From Azolla caroliniana (lineage: Eukaryota > Plantae > Polypodiophyta): a DNA stretch of 64,000 nt. The notes under the pieces are model-generated. The model had not been told where the DNA came from. It made no database searches and worked only from the letters and a program-made list of their open reading frames with translations. Shown in pieces: positions 34,331 to 45,761 of this stretch (position 1 is the first letter of the stretch; each line of letters opens with the position of its first letter). The stretch lies in the NCBI GenBank assembly GCA_043228905.1, contig JBHGNT010000012.1, forward strand, positions 17,360,001-17,424,000, written 5' to 3'. Position numbers and translations under genes: made by a program.

Positions 34331-36093
34331 ATAAGAAAACAAACACTGGCCACAATATATAATTATACGAGGGAGGGGTGGAAGGAGCGAAGAAGTTTGT
34401 ATTGATCTATTAACAAACTTCAATGGCAAAGGTGAGTAGCAATTCGCGGTGGGGTTGTGACCAATTCCGGGACAAGAGGTGTAATTTGGACAACTTGTAA
34501 TGCTAGTATGTTTCTTGACTCACTATGGTCTATCTACTCAAATCAATGCCCAAGTAAAACCAAGGTGCACATACTTATTTCCCAAATTTAGAGTTTGTGT
34601 CTATAATCACTCTCTCGAGCAACTCTCAAATATAGCGTGTCTAAATGATATTCTAGATCTCTAGTTGGAGTGAACCACTTATGTGAATTCATCATCTTGC
34701 GAGCAATATACTATTTCGTTTTTTAGTTGCTAACAATCCCAACAACGTGAGGTGACTAATTGTATGTATTAGCATACAAGTCTTTTGGACCGAATCATAG
34801 AGACTTCTATGTGTCTTCGCCAATTACGCAAGAATAGGATAATATTGTGGGTTCATTTTAAGTACTATATAACCAAAGACAACCGAACTATAAAATATTA
34901 TAAGTTCATTTGGTGACTAAATCCGATGAATATCTAGGCCCACATCTATTTGATTTGTGAGATAACATGCCTAACCACACACTCTTTTTGAGGGTATATG
35001 TGTGTGTTCCGTTCACAAGTAACTTATGTATAGGAGATGCCTTTTCATTGAATAGGGTGGATATCTTGTATATCTGACTCCGTCTTCATTCATTATTAAA
35101 TAGCTCCAAACTTCTATGTGTATTTATATACAACTTCAATATAAATAAAGTCTTCTCTCTTTTATAATGTGTTGGTCATCTCCTTCATTAACATTTGAAA
35201 ATATAAGTTGATTACATGCTAATTATGTTTCATTTACCTTTAGTTTTTTTATAGACTCATTGTAATATTCCTCACCTAACCGACGGTACTATTGATAATT
35301 CTTTTAAAAATACGGAAAGGGCATTGAATTATAATATGCCATATACATAAGTGAGGGGGAATATTTTGAAAACATCCATTAACTACCCCATTATTATGAT
35401 TGTTCGGATTGATGTTCAACTCTTTCTCAGAACCAAGCATGTGCCTAATGTTATTGGAAGCTCTTTTGTGTTCTATTCTTTGGGCCAGAGACTTATCTTT
35501 CCTTTTTTGAAACACACATTGGCTACAATATGCAATAAGCAAGAAGAGGAAAGAAGTTTGGATCGATCAATCAACGAAGTTTGGACCGCGACCATTTCTG
35601 GGACAAGAGGTGTGATTTCTGACAATTTGTAATATGTTTCTTCACTTACTATGCTCTATCCACTCAAACCAATGCCCAGGTAAAACTAAGGTGTGGTTAC
35701 TTGTTTCCCAAAAGCTAGGACTTCTAAATGACATATTAGATCTTTAGGTCAAGTGAGAACAATTTCATCAAATCACTAATAATTAGACCCGGTATATCCC
35801 ATATGCATACCATCTAAAACTATTGGGTTTTCAGTTGCAAACAACCCCAACATCCCCTAATTATATGTATTAGCATAGATGTCCCCTTAACCGAAAACAT
35901 AGTCAATTAATTATATTAAGCTTCTTCGCCCAAATTGTGTGCTCTATACGGTCTACCAAACAAAGTGTGAATATGATTAATTGTGGAATATGTTATCTAT
36001 ATGTTATCTATAGTGTGAACTTATGTGTGCATGAGTTTTGTTGATCATACGATCGTGCGAATGGTGTATCATCGATGCACAGCTTAGAGAGCA

Positions 36094-36125
<32 letters not shown>

Positions 36126-39055
36126 AACCTTGATAACTTTAATTACTATAGGGATTTAAACTTAAATATAACTAAAACATCTAAAAATATAATGAGAATG
36201 GGAGAGAGGGCTAGTCATTAAGTATTAATTAAAAAGACTAAAACAAATGTTAATAACATGTTAAGAGAGAGAGAGAGAGTGTGTGTGTGTGTGATTAAGA
36301 GCAAAGCTATTACTAATTATCATTAAGATTGAAAAAGAAATTACTTGGGGATATGGTCATGATCAAACTAGTTTTGCCCACTACAAGGCTCATCAGTGCT
36401 AAAATGACCATTAGGGGTGGATAGGTTTATATAAGGAGTTTAGGAGAGGGTTTAGAGAAATGATAATAGGGAGTGGGGGTGTGTGCTTACGGATATGATT
36501 TGAAAAAGGGGAAGATTTGGAGAAGAAGGAAAAGGATATTATGAGCTTTAATGTGACAAGGGGGAGGTTTTGGTAGAAGGAAAAAGAGGTTATAATGTTA
36601 AGGAGGGATAAGAAGAAAAGAGAGAGTTAGGATATGAAATGTAAAAAGAGGGGAAATATTAAAAGGGGAGTTAAGATTGAGGGAGAAATAAAGAAAATAC
36701 GTTGTCGTGCCTTTCGGCGCCAGATCGTTGGTGAGTCGGGTGGGAACCACTGAGGTTTTGGACTAGGAGAAAGAAGAATATGAGATGAGGCTAGTAATGA
36801 ATAGATTATTAGAAAGAGAGATAGAAATTTCGTGAATCCCACGAGTGTATTGTATTCGATTAATCAATATTTAGATAAGAATATGTATTTAGATTGAAAG
36901 AAAGATATAAGAAACTTGTGAATCCCACAAGTATAGATTATATTATTTTTGTGAATCTCACGATTATATTAATCGGTTGGTGTTTTCAGAAATATATCCA
37001 ATTTCCAAATATTTCACACACTTATTACATTGTGCTCCCCATCCTTATGTAGTGATAAGGGAGTCCATGCTTTTTTTTTTCTAACTATAGACTGCATGCT
37101 TTTCCTATAGATAGACTATATGCTTTATCTAAAGTGATCATGCTTTTTCTAACTTGCGCGTTTTTTATCAACTATAGCGTTCATGTACGCTAGATGTGCA
37201 TGCATAGCTTTTTCTTTTAGCATGCGTTTTCTTTTAACTAAAGTTTATCCTAGGTGAACTAAGCTTTCTATGTGGAACATCTATTTTTGAACATTACATT
37301 ACATTATTAACATGGAGGTGCAAGGTTCGAATCTTGCCCTATGCATGTTATATATATTTTAATATTTTTTACTATTTATTCATATTTATTAAATCGGTAC
37401 TTTATAAGTTTTTCACGTAGTGTACGAAATACACTACGACAACGTAAGATGATGAGAAGGGAAGGAAAGAAGAGAGAGAGAGAAAGAGAGAGAGAGATAT
37501 TAACGTCTTCTAAGGCCAAATTTGGCCCATAAGACAAATGGTTTACAAAAAATGGGATATTTACCCATTCATCGAAAGTAAAAAAATCAAAATAAGATAA
37601 AAAATAGTTCTAAAAAAAACATGCTCTACAATGAAAAGAAGTTATACTAGGCCTAATTTCATTTCCATCCAAGTCTCTCGAAGAGAAGAGGGAGGTCAAA
37701 GGGTTGCGATGTGGATGTGGCCTGTGGTCCCAATGTAAAAGGTACCCCAACCATAGCTTCTAGTCGACGTAGCTCACGTTCCCTTATCTTCTTAATCTTT
37801 TCTACTCCATGTCGACTTGTTTTGAAGCTCAACATCCAAGGGCGTTTGGTTGTTCTTTGTATTTCTGCTTCCTCAAGGGAGAGGCCGAGCGGCGTAAATG
37901 TATCCACATTCATCGTCTCCCCTTGTTCCTGAAAAATTACACTAGTTACATGTTGATAAATAGTAAAAGGGTTATAATTACCACTTCATAATTTATTCTC
38001 CCTATGTTGTTTTAGCTCTAAGATATACCTACCTAGTCTTTTTACACTCGGGGTATCTAATAGTTTGGAGAGGGTGGGAGAGGGTCCTAATATGTCTTGG
38101 TATTCCGCCCGTATCTCGGCATAAGTTGGGCACTTGCATGTGAAGTGATACTCATCCTCTATCTCTATGTGGCATAACCTACATAGCCTTTCCTCTCTAG
38201 GGACTCTATTAGCGCGACCATTCTCAATCTCAACTTGGTGAGATGATATCTTAAGTTGTCCAATGGCCACCCTTAGTGCATTTGATAAGAATGTATTTAG
38301 ATATCTTGGTCGTGTAATAAAACCTAACCTAGAGAAGTGCAAGATATTACGGGCATGACCATATAATATCCCGTAGTCAAAATTTACCGTAGTATTCTAT
38401 ACATGTGGATAAGTGTGAGGGTTAAACGAGAGTGTAAAGAAGGGGAGGATTACTTTTAATCCTCAGGATTGAGACAACCCATTAGGCCAAGTGTGAACTT
38501 GCCTGGGGGCCTTGGGTATCGCTATAAATAAGAGGCCTAGCTACCCTCATTTGATCATCTTGTTGACTACGTCAAGACTCTGTCTTGTGGTGGGTCAACT
38601 CTTGTAGCGAGCATGCCAGCACGAGGTACGACTCGATGCCATGACGGTGGTATGGGATGCCGATCAAGGCTCGAGTTTGTCTCAATCCTTTCGCTCGGGG
38701 GTGGTCGGGTGGATCGACACCCTTCTTTCTCCCTCTCCTTTCTATCTATTTATCTATATTCAATCGTTATCTAATGCTTACATTAGTTCATGTCTCTAAC
38801 AGCTGGTATCCCAGCTAATGTGCTAATGTTTCTTTTGTTGGTTTTGTCTTCTTGATGGATGGCGATCGATCAACGTGTGGTCGACCTTGTTCCAAACAGC
38901 AATCAACAAGGAACTTCGGTAATCTTTCTTGTTTTTTCTATTCTTTCTTCTCCCAATTTAATCATGTGTATGGTTAATATGTAATTTTTTTTTATAGATT
39001 CAATGATGTTGTAGTGGTAATTAATTGGTTATATAAAACGTTTACATATGTGCAA

Positions 39056-39300
39056 GAGGTCAATACCTCATTTGACATATAAATAATATGTGATTAGTGT
39101 CGTATGTGTACGAGGTTAATACCTCAATTGCGTATTACGATCACGTACATATGTTACGTATGCGTATGAGGTCAATACCTCGATTTCGTTGTAAATGATA
39201 TGCATTTGGTGTCATATGCGTATGAGATCAATACCTCAATTCCGTATTATGATTAACCCTTATTTTTGGATGTTTCGTGTGTGTAGAGGCTACATGCCTC
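39056..39300 (+). repeat. Array of five GAGGT-N4/5-ACCTC hairpins, ~56-bp period, in the leader of element 3
   Basis: Hairpins start at 39056, 39112, 39168, 39224 and 39286. Confidence 0.85.
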
Positions 39301-40385
39301 AATTACGTGTCTTGATTTCATCATATGTTGGCTATTTGATGTTATGATTTTTTTAATATACGCTTTGGTCACGTGTATACGTATTTGATCGTATATATGT
39401 GATAAATAAACATATATGTATATTTGATATTACATGATCTTTATATCGAATGTTTTCCTTTTCGGGGAAAGGATCTGGGTGGCCGTCCTCAAATTTTTGT
39501 GAGAATGGCGTTGTCACCATCCCTTTTTTCAAATTTTTTTTATTGTTGACATTCTTGTTGGTGACTTCGATTTTATTACGTAAAGAAATGCCTATAGCCA
39601 CAATGATGTTGAGAACGTAGGGCTTGACCCACTTCATGTGAGGTCGCTCCTATGACACACATATCCAACATCCCTCCCTCGTTACATGGATACGATGCCA
39701 CCATGAGATCATTCTTACGAAAGGCATTCGTAATGACGTAACCATGTGATGGGCCACATGGGCCTACTACAAAAAGAGGGTTCATTTGGCTTGACCATTA
39801 GGTTGCACTTTGGCGTATGCCATCGTAATTACGAGACTTGAGGTTAGGTAACGTACCAACATATTTTGTAGTAAACGAGGTGGAAATAAGGACTCTTGAC
39901 ATATATGTTTCTTTTTAAAAAACATATATGGGCAAATGCCTCGCATATCTCTTATATGCATGAAGCATTAAACAATCAAGAAGAGCAACCTACTTGGTTG
40001 GCTCAAGTGTTTAATGCATTTGTTCTCAAGGTCTCGAGTTTAAATATGACCAAGACCATACAACATCGTTGATACATATCACTATAACACATGTTTAGAC
40101 TTGAGGTCTAAGTGCATTTCGGGGTCCTCGTAATAGGACTTAAAGAGCCGAAACCACATATGTGGGCACTGAAACATAGTTTATTGTTAACATTTTTTTT
40201 GTGTATAAACTACTCATGACGCGAACATACATGGTTGAGCCTCGGGGAGCCGCCATGAAAAAATCGATATAGAGATAAGGGAAATACATTTATTTGTCAC
40301 CCCCATGGTTTTTAAAACACCTTTGTGTTACCATAGTAACCTGATCTTGAACCTCATCTCATACGTCTAGAGGGGTATTGAAGTG

Positions 40386-40774
40386 TGTAAAGAATCAAGA
40401 GATGGATTCTATGCAACGGAATAGATATGAGCTGTGTGTGTGTATGAGAGAGAGAGAGAGTGAGAGAGACAAGGAGTAAGACACAGAGAATACACAAGGT
40501 AAAGTATATTAACAAAGGAGAAAGACTCAACATTATACAAGCTGGGAGGAGGGTGCTATATATAGTCACCCTCTCTCTTCATTAACTACAAGACTCATGG
40601 AGCATGGGGAATGTGAAAGCTCATAAGTTATGTGTCATAGAATATGATTCTATGACTCATATTAAATGCTAGAATACAAAGCGGTGACATAATGGTGACT
40701 CTTGACAGTTGGAGTGTCTATTCACTCTCAAGGTGAGTTCACACACTAGACCAAGTTGAGCTTGATTCTCAACA
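40386..40774 (-). mobile_element. Probable Copia-family solo LTR nested in element 3
   Basis: TG...CA; end AAGTTGAGCTTGATTCTCAACA matches the Copia LTR end at 10961-10983; imperfect TSD AAGTG/ACGTG. Confidence 0.6.
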
Positions 40775-43700
40775 ACGTGAGATCATGATATCGATTAATG
40801 TTTGCCCATGATATGTTTATATCACGACATGATGTTATGACTATTTGTTTAACCTTATCCTATTTCTTTGCCAGAAATAACCATTCAATGGCTCAAAATA
40901 ACGACCCGATGGCATCTGTTCAAGCGGAAGGAACTCAAGGAAATCCTCCTGGACAAATGTCCATTGAGATGTATTTTTCGCAAATAACCCAATACCTTAG
41001 TTTCACCGCTCAACAGATGACCAAACTTCGGCAATCTCAAAGTGCTCTCGAGGCATGTATCATTAGTTTACAACGTGAGACTAATAGACCTGATGAGTGA
41101 CAGGGTGAACCATCGTTTGTCGTTAAGCCATTTATGGGAGAAAAAAAGGAAAGAACCGAAGAAGCAATCTGCACGTGGTTGGGCCGATGGGAGTCTCATT
41201 TTGAGCTCTATCCCACGCCATATAGTATGAAGATTGCAATGTCAACCGAGAACTAGAGGGTAAGGCCGCTGCCTGGTGGCGTGGGCTCCGTACTTTGGGG
41301 AAATTACCCGATACCTGGACAGATTTTGTCACAGTTTTCAAGGGCCAATTTCTGCAACCTCCCTCTCGAACCAAGGCAGCTCAAGCTTTAATGAACCTCT
41401 CTAATAGGAAGTTTTCCTCGCTAGAAGACTATGTACACCATGCTAGAACCCAAATCCAAAAATTGGGTCTAGAAGGGGACAATTGGTTAATATCTTGTTT
41501 TGTCAATGGCATCCCCAATTCGGACTATCACTGGATAGTGCACGATAAGGATCCAAAATCCTTCGAAGAGGCCGTTGAAATAGTTCTTCGCTATCAACGC
41601 ACTTCGAAGAAGCACCACAACAAACCCAACGAATCGCCCAGGACTAAGCAATCGCAATTCACTGGGAAACGCAAGACACCCAACGAATTCATGGATCGCG
41701 ATTGTAAGCGACAACATCCTTTTTGCGTATTCCGCAAGAAGAAGGGTCATAAAAAAGAGCAATGTCAAAAGCTCCAATGGAAAGAGCATGATAGCAAAGC
41801 TAAACCTGTAGACCATAAAGGTCAGATTCCTAATGTTCGTCAGGTCTATACACATCATTTAAGTAATTGTCAATGTTCTTTCCCACACTATGTATTGGGT
41901 CCCAATGATTTACTACGTGCAAACGGGTATATCAATGGATCTCCCGTACAATTTTTGTTTGATTCGGTAAGCTCACACAACTTTGTTAATGATCGTTTGG
42001 TTCAGATATGGGGAATCCAACCCATCGTAAGTGATCACACATATACGGTGCACTTGGCTGATGGAAGAGTACAATACATCAACGTGGCGATTCATTAATT
42101 AGGAATTTCTATTGATACTTATATAGAGGAAGTAGACTTCCATGTAATGAATCTTTGTACCACTGATGTAATACTGGGTTATCCCTGGTTCTATAATAAA
42201 AGCTCTTCTTTATCTATTGATTGGGCTCATCATTCAATAACTTTTGTACTGAACGATTGTACTCATTTTATTCAATGTGTAAAAAAACAATCCCTCTCGA
42301 TTGTTTCCTCCCCATCAATAGGCGAGTTGTCTTGTTCTACTCTATTTTATTGTGTACTTGATCCGAACATTCACGTTTACAATATCGATAATGTCTCGGT
42401 TCAATTACCATATTTTGAACAACAACAACTTGATGAAATCTTAAATGATTTTCGTGATGTTTTTCCGAGTGAACTACCAGATGGGTTACCTCCTAAACGT
42501 AATATAGACCATCGTATAGATATTGTACCTGGCGTTTTTGTGAAAATCCCTTCGTAATTACTCCCAATTGATGACGCCGTTTACTGATCTTCTAAAAGGT
42601 CAAACGCGTAAGTCTACAAAACCTATTGTCTGGAATGGTACACTAGGCCTCGCCTTTAAGAAACTCAAGGACCTGGTGTGCAAGGCTCCTTCACTTCTTT
42701 TACCCGATCCTTCAAAACCTTTTGAGGTTGAAACCGATGCAAGCGATTATGTTATAGGTGTTGTCTTATATCAAGATGGTAAACCAATAGCATTCGAGAG
42801 TAAGAAACTTGATTCTGCTCAATGTTGGTATACCGTTCAAGAAAATGAATTATTTGCAGTTATATATGCGCTCAAAACATGACACCATTATCTTTATGGA
42901 AATCGCTTTGTGGTAACTACGGATCAGGAGTCCTTGAAATTATTTTTGGATATCGTGAGTGATCGAGATCCAAAGTTTACTAGTGACTTCTGGACGCAAG
43001 TCTTCAAGAAGTTAGAAACTACGTTGAGCATGAGCTCTATGGATCATCCTCAATCCGATGGACAAACAGAACGAGTAAATTAAATTATTGAGGACATGTT
43101 TCGAGCATACGTTGGTGCAAAACCAACAAAATGGGAACGTTATCTCCCAATTTTGGAGTTTGCTTATAACAGCTCCAAGCATACATCGACGGGATATAGT
43201 CCTTTTATTTTGATGTATGGTTTTCGGCCACGAGCCCCGATTGATGTTAATATACATCATGATGAATTGCGAAGTACGCAAAACTTTCTTCGGGATATGC
43301 AAGATATGTTGCATATTGCAGGAGATAATATAAAAACAGCTCAAGATAGAGCATGTTTTTATGCCGATCATCATAGGCAACCTCGTGTATTCAACCCTGG
43401 ACAGAAGGTATTTTTACGTGTACCTCACAATTCTAAGACATTATCTACGAGTAAGTGCGCTAAGTTAGCCCCACGTTTTTGTCGACCATTTACAGTCCTC
43501 AAACGCATTGTCATCAACCTATCGTCTCGATCTTCCCGATGGTGTTGAAATTCATCCAGTCTTTCATGTGAGTCGTCTAAAAGAACTTCTAGGTTCTGGC
43601 GACAATATAGTTACAACTGAAACTATGGTTACTTCTGAAGAATTATCTTCTAAACCACATGTACTAGAAAGAATTCTCGATGTTAAAACAAAAAAATTAC

Positions 43701-44690
43701 GTACTAAAGAAATTCGAGAATTTAAAATAAAATGGATGGATAAATCAATAAAAGATGCCACATGGGAACGCGAAAATACTCTTAGAACTCACTTCCCTAA
43801 CTTTCCATTGCAAGAGTGCAATGTTTTAAAGAGGGGGAGTATGTTACGGGCATGACCATATAATATCCCGTGGTCAGAATTTACCGTAGTATTCTATACA
43901 CGTGGATAAGTGTGAGGGTTAAACGAGAGTGTAAAGAAGGGGAGGATTACTTTTAATCCTCGGGATTGAGACAACCCATTAGGCCAAGTGTGAACTTGCC
44001 CGGGGGCCTTGGGTATCGCTATAAATAAGAGGCCTAGCTACCCTCATTTGATCATCTTGTTGACTACGTCGAGACTCTATCTTGTGGTGGGTCAACTCTT
44101 GTAGCGAGCGCGCCAGCACGAGGTACGACTCGATGCCACGACGGTGGTATGGGACGCCGATCGAGGCTCGAGTTTGTCTCGATCCCTTTGCTCGGGGGTG
44201 GTCGGGTGGATCGACACCCTTCTTTCTCTCTCTCTCCTTTCTATCTATTTATCTATATTCTATCATTATCTAATGCTTACATTAGTTCATGTCTCTAACA
44301 CAAGAAATGTTCCTTATAGTACAACATTTTAGATGGGAGTGGCTCTCGTGGGGTGATCCATTTATATCGAGTGTAAATTTTCCATATTTCTTGGCGTATC
44401 ACTTTATTACGGTCTTCATGAGAGATTAGAGTTTGATCAGTCCCATGGTTGTACTTAAGGGGAGGTAGGTTATTAATGTATATGTCGTTTGCAAGTAACC
44501 AACTCACCACAATGCTATACCAAGAGCTAGTGTCTTCAGATGCATGTAGGGATCAGGATGCCTCAAAGGCTCGATGGGATATCCTATCTTGTGGTTGGCT
44601 ATGTATCCGATGAATAAAAACTACCATTTGAAAGAGTGCTTCTACTAACATCGGGGGTAGACTAAATTATGCTCTAATAATGTCATACGG

Positions 44691-45120
44691 TGTCAAGAAC
44701 AGTACTAAGACAGAGAAGGACTTAGTACTAAAAGAAGTATTAGTACTAAGAGAGGTGAAGAACTCTCGAGAGAAGGAAAGAGTGAGTGAGAGGGAGGGAG
44801 AGAGAGATTGAGAGAGAGAGAGAGTGATGATAAGAAAAGATATATATTATGTGAAGAAAATGTACAGTAACTAGGAGGCTTAAGACTGGCGTTGAACTGA
44901 TTTGGTTCAAAATAATGCCTTGTGCCTCCTTTTATAGTGTTCTAAGGAATACTCCTGAAGTTTCTAGAATGTTCCAGAGAAATCTGGAATATACATCAAT
45001 TTTCTATAATAAAACATAAATGAAAATAATATTCTACGTATTATAATGTATAATCTAATGGTCAAGAGCTTGACCTATGTAGCATAAGGTCATGGGTTCG
45101 AGTCTTGCCATATCATGACA
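44691..45120 (-). mobile_element. Solo LTR related to the chromovirus at 500-6293
   Basis: Colinear but diverged copy of the 500-965 LTR; perfect TSD TACGG at 44686-44690 and 45121-45125. Confidence 0.95.
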
Positions 45121-45441
45121 TACGGTATTGTCGATTTGCTTCGGAGTTGACGTGATAACATCGTCACCAGAGGTCTCTCTAATTGCGTCCACATGAAGGA
45201 TGGTAGACCTAGAGCCCATATTACTAATGCATACATGAGGGAAGGGGTCACTAATGAGTCGAAGAGCCATCCCTTAGTCTGTGGCTCTTGAAAGTATGTC
45301 AGGTGGCATTATCTCTCTAAGAGTGAGAGGGATGTATACACTCTCGTTAGTCTATCTTTGGTTTCCTAGGTCATCGAGAATTTACCTGAGCGAGCACTAA
45401 AAGTGACTCCCAAGTATACATATGATCCCACTACCTCAACT

Positions 45442-45479
<38 letters not shown>

Positions 45480-45761
45480 GAGTAGACATAAGGTGACTAA
45501 GTAGATCTACGAGGATCAAGGGTGGGAAAATGAGAGAAAAGTAAGAGAGAGAGAGAGGAGAGAGATGCATGTGTAAACTAGACAAAGTAAGAGAGAGAAA
45601 GGAAATAGGAGAGAGGTAAGGGAGAGAGACAAGTGTGGGGAAAGAGGAAAAGAAAAGGGGGGAAGGATATAGATTTAGGAAGAGGATGGGAGGGGTAGGG
45701 TAAAAAAAAGTAAAACATGGGTGAGAGTAGAAAAACAAAAATAGAAAGGTGGATAAAATAG

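Larger units (their letters stand above)
30465..36030 (+). repeat. Segmental duplication copy A (paralog of 51598-55615)
   Basis: Long near-identical colinear sequence with copy-specific indels. Confidence 0.95.
38345..44300 (+). mobile_element. Ty3/Gypsy chromovirus deletion derivative (RT core and integrase N-terminus missing)
   Basis: LTRs 38345-38801 and 43842-44300; TSD CAAGA at 38340-38344 and 44301-44305; Met-like PBS TGGTATCCCAGC at 38804-38815; PPT AAAGAGGGGGAG; gag, LFDS protease, RNase H, partial IN and chromodomain remnants. Confidence 0.95.
37986..45448 (-). mobile_element. 5'-truncated LINE in three pieces (37986-38339, 44306-44685, 45126-45448), host of element 3 and a solo LTR
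   Basis: C-terminal LKISSHQVEIENGR...LCRLC...DEYHFTCKC; YVYLGVTF RT motif near 45420; 5' junction at (GA)n 45449. Confidence 0.8.

Noticed and set aside
39040-39305. CRISPR-like array (palindromic ~28-bp repeats with ~28-bp spacers)
   Set aside because: Repeats are degenerate, spacers 1/3 and 2/4 are related (112-bp higher-order repeat), there are no cas genes, and it lies in a eukaryotic retrotransposon leader.
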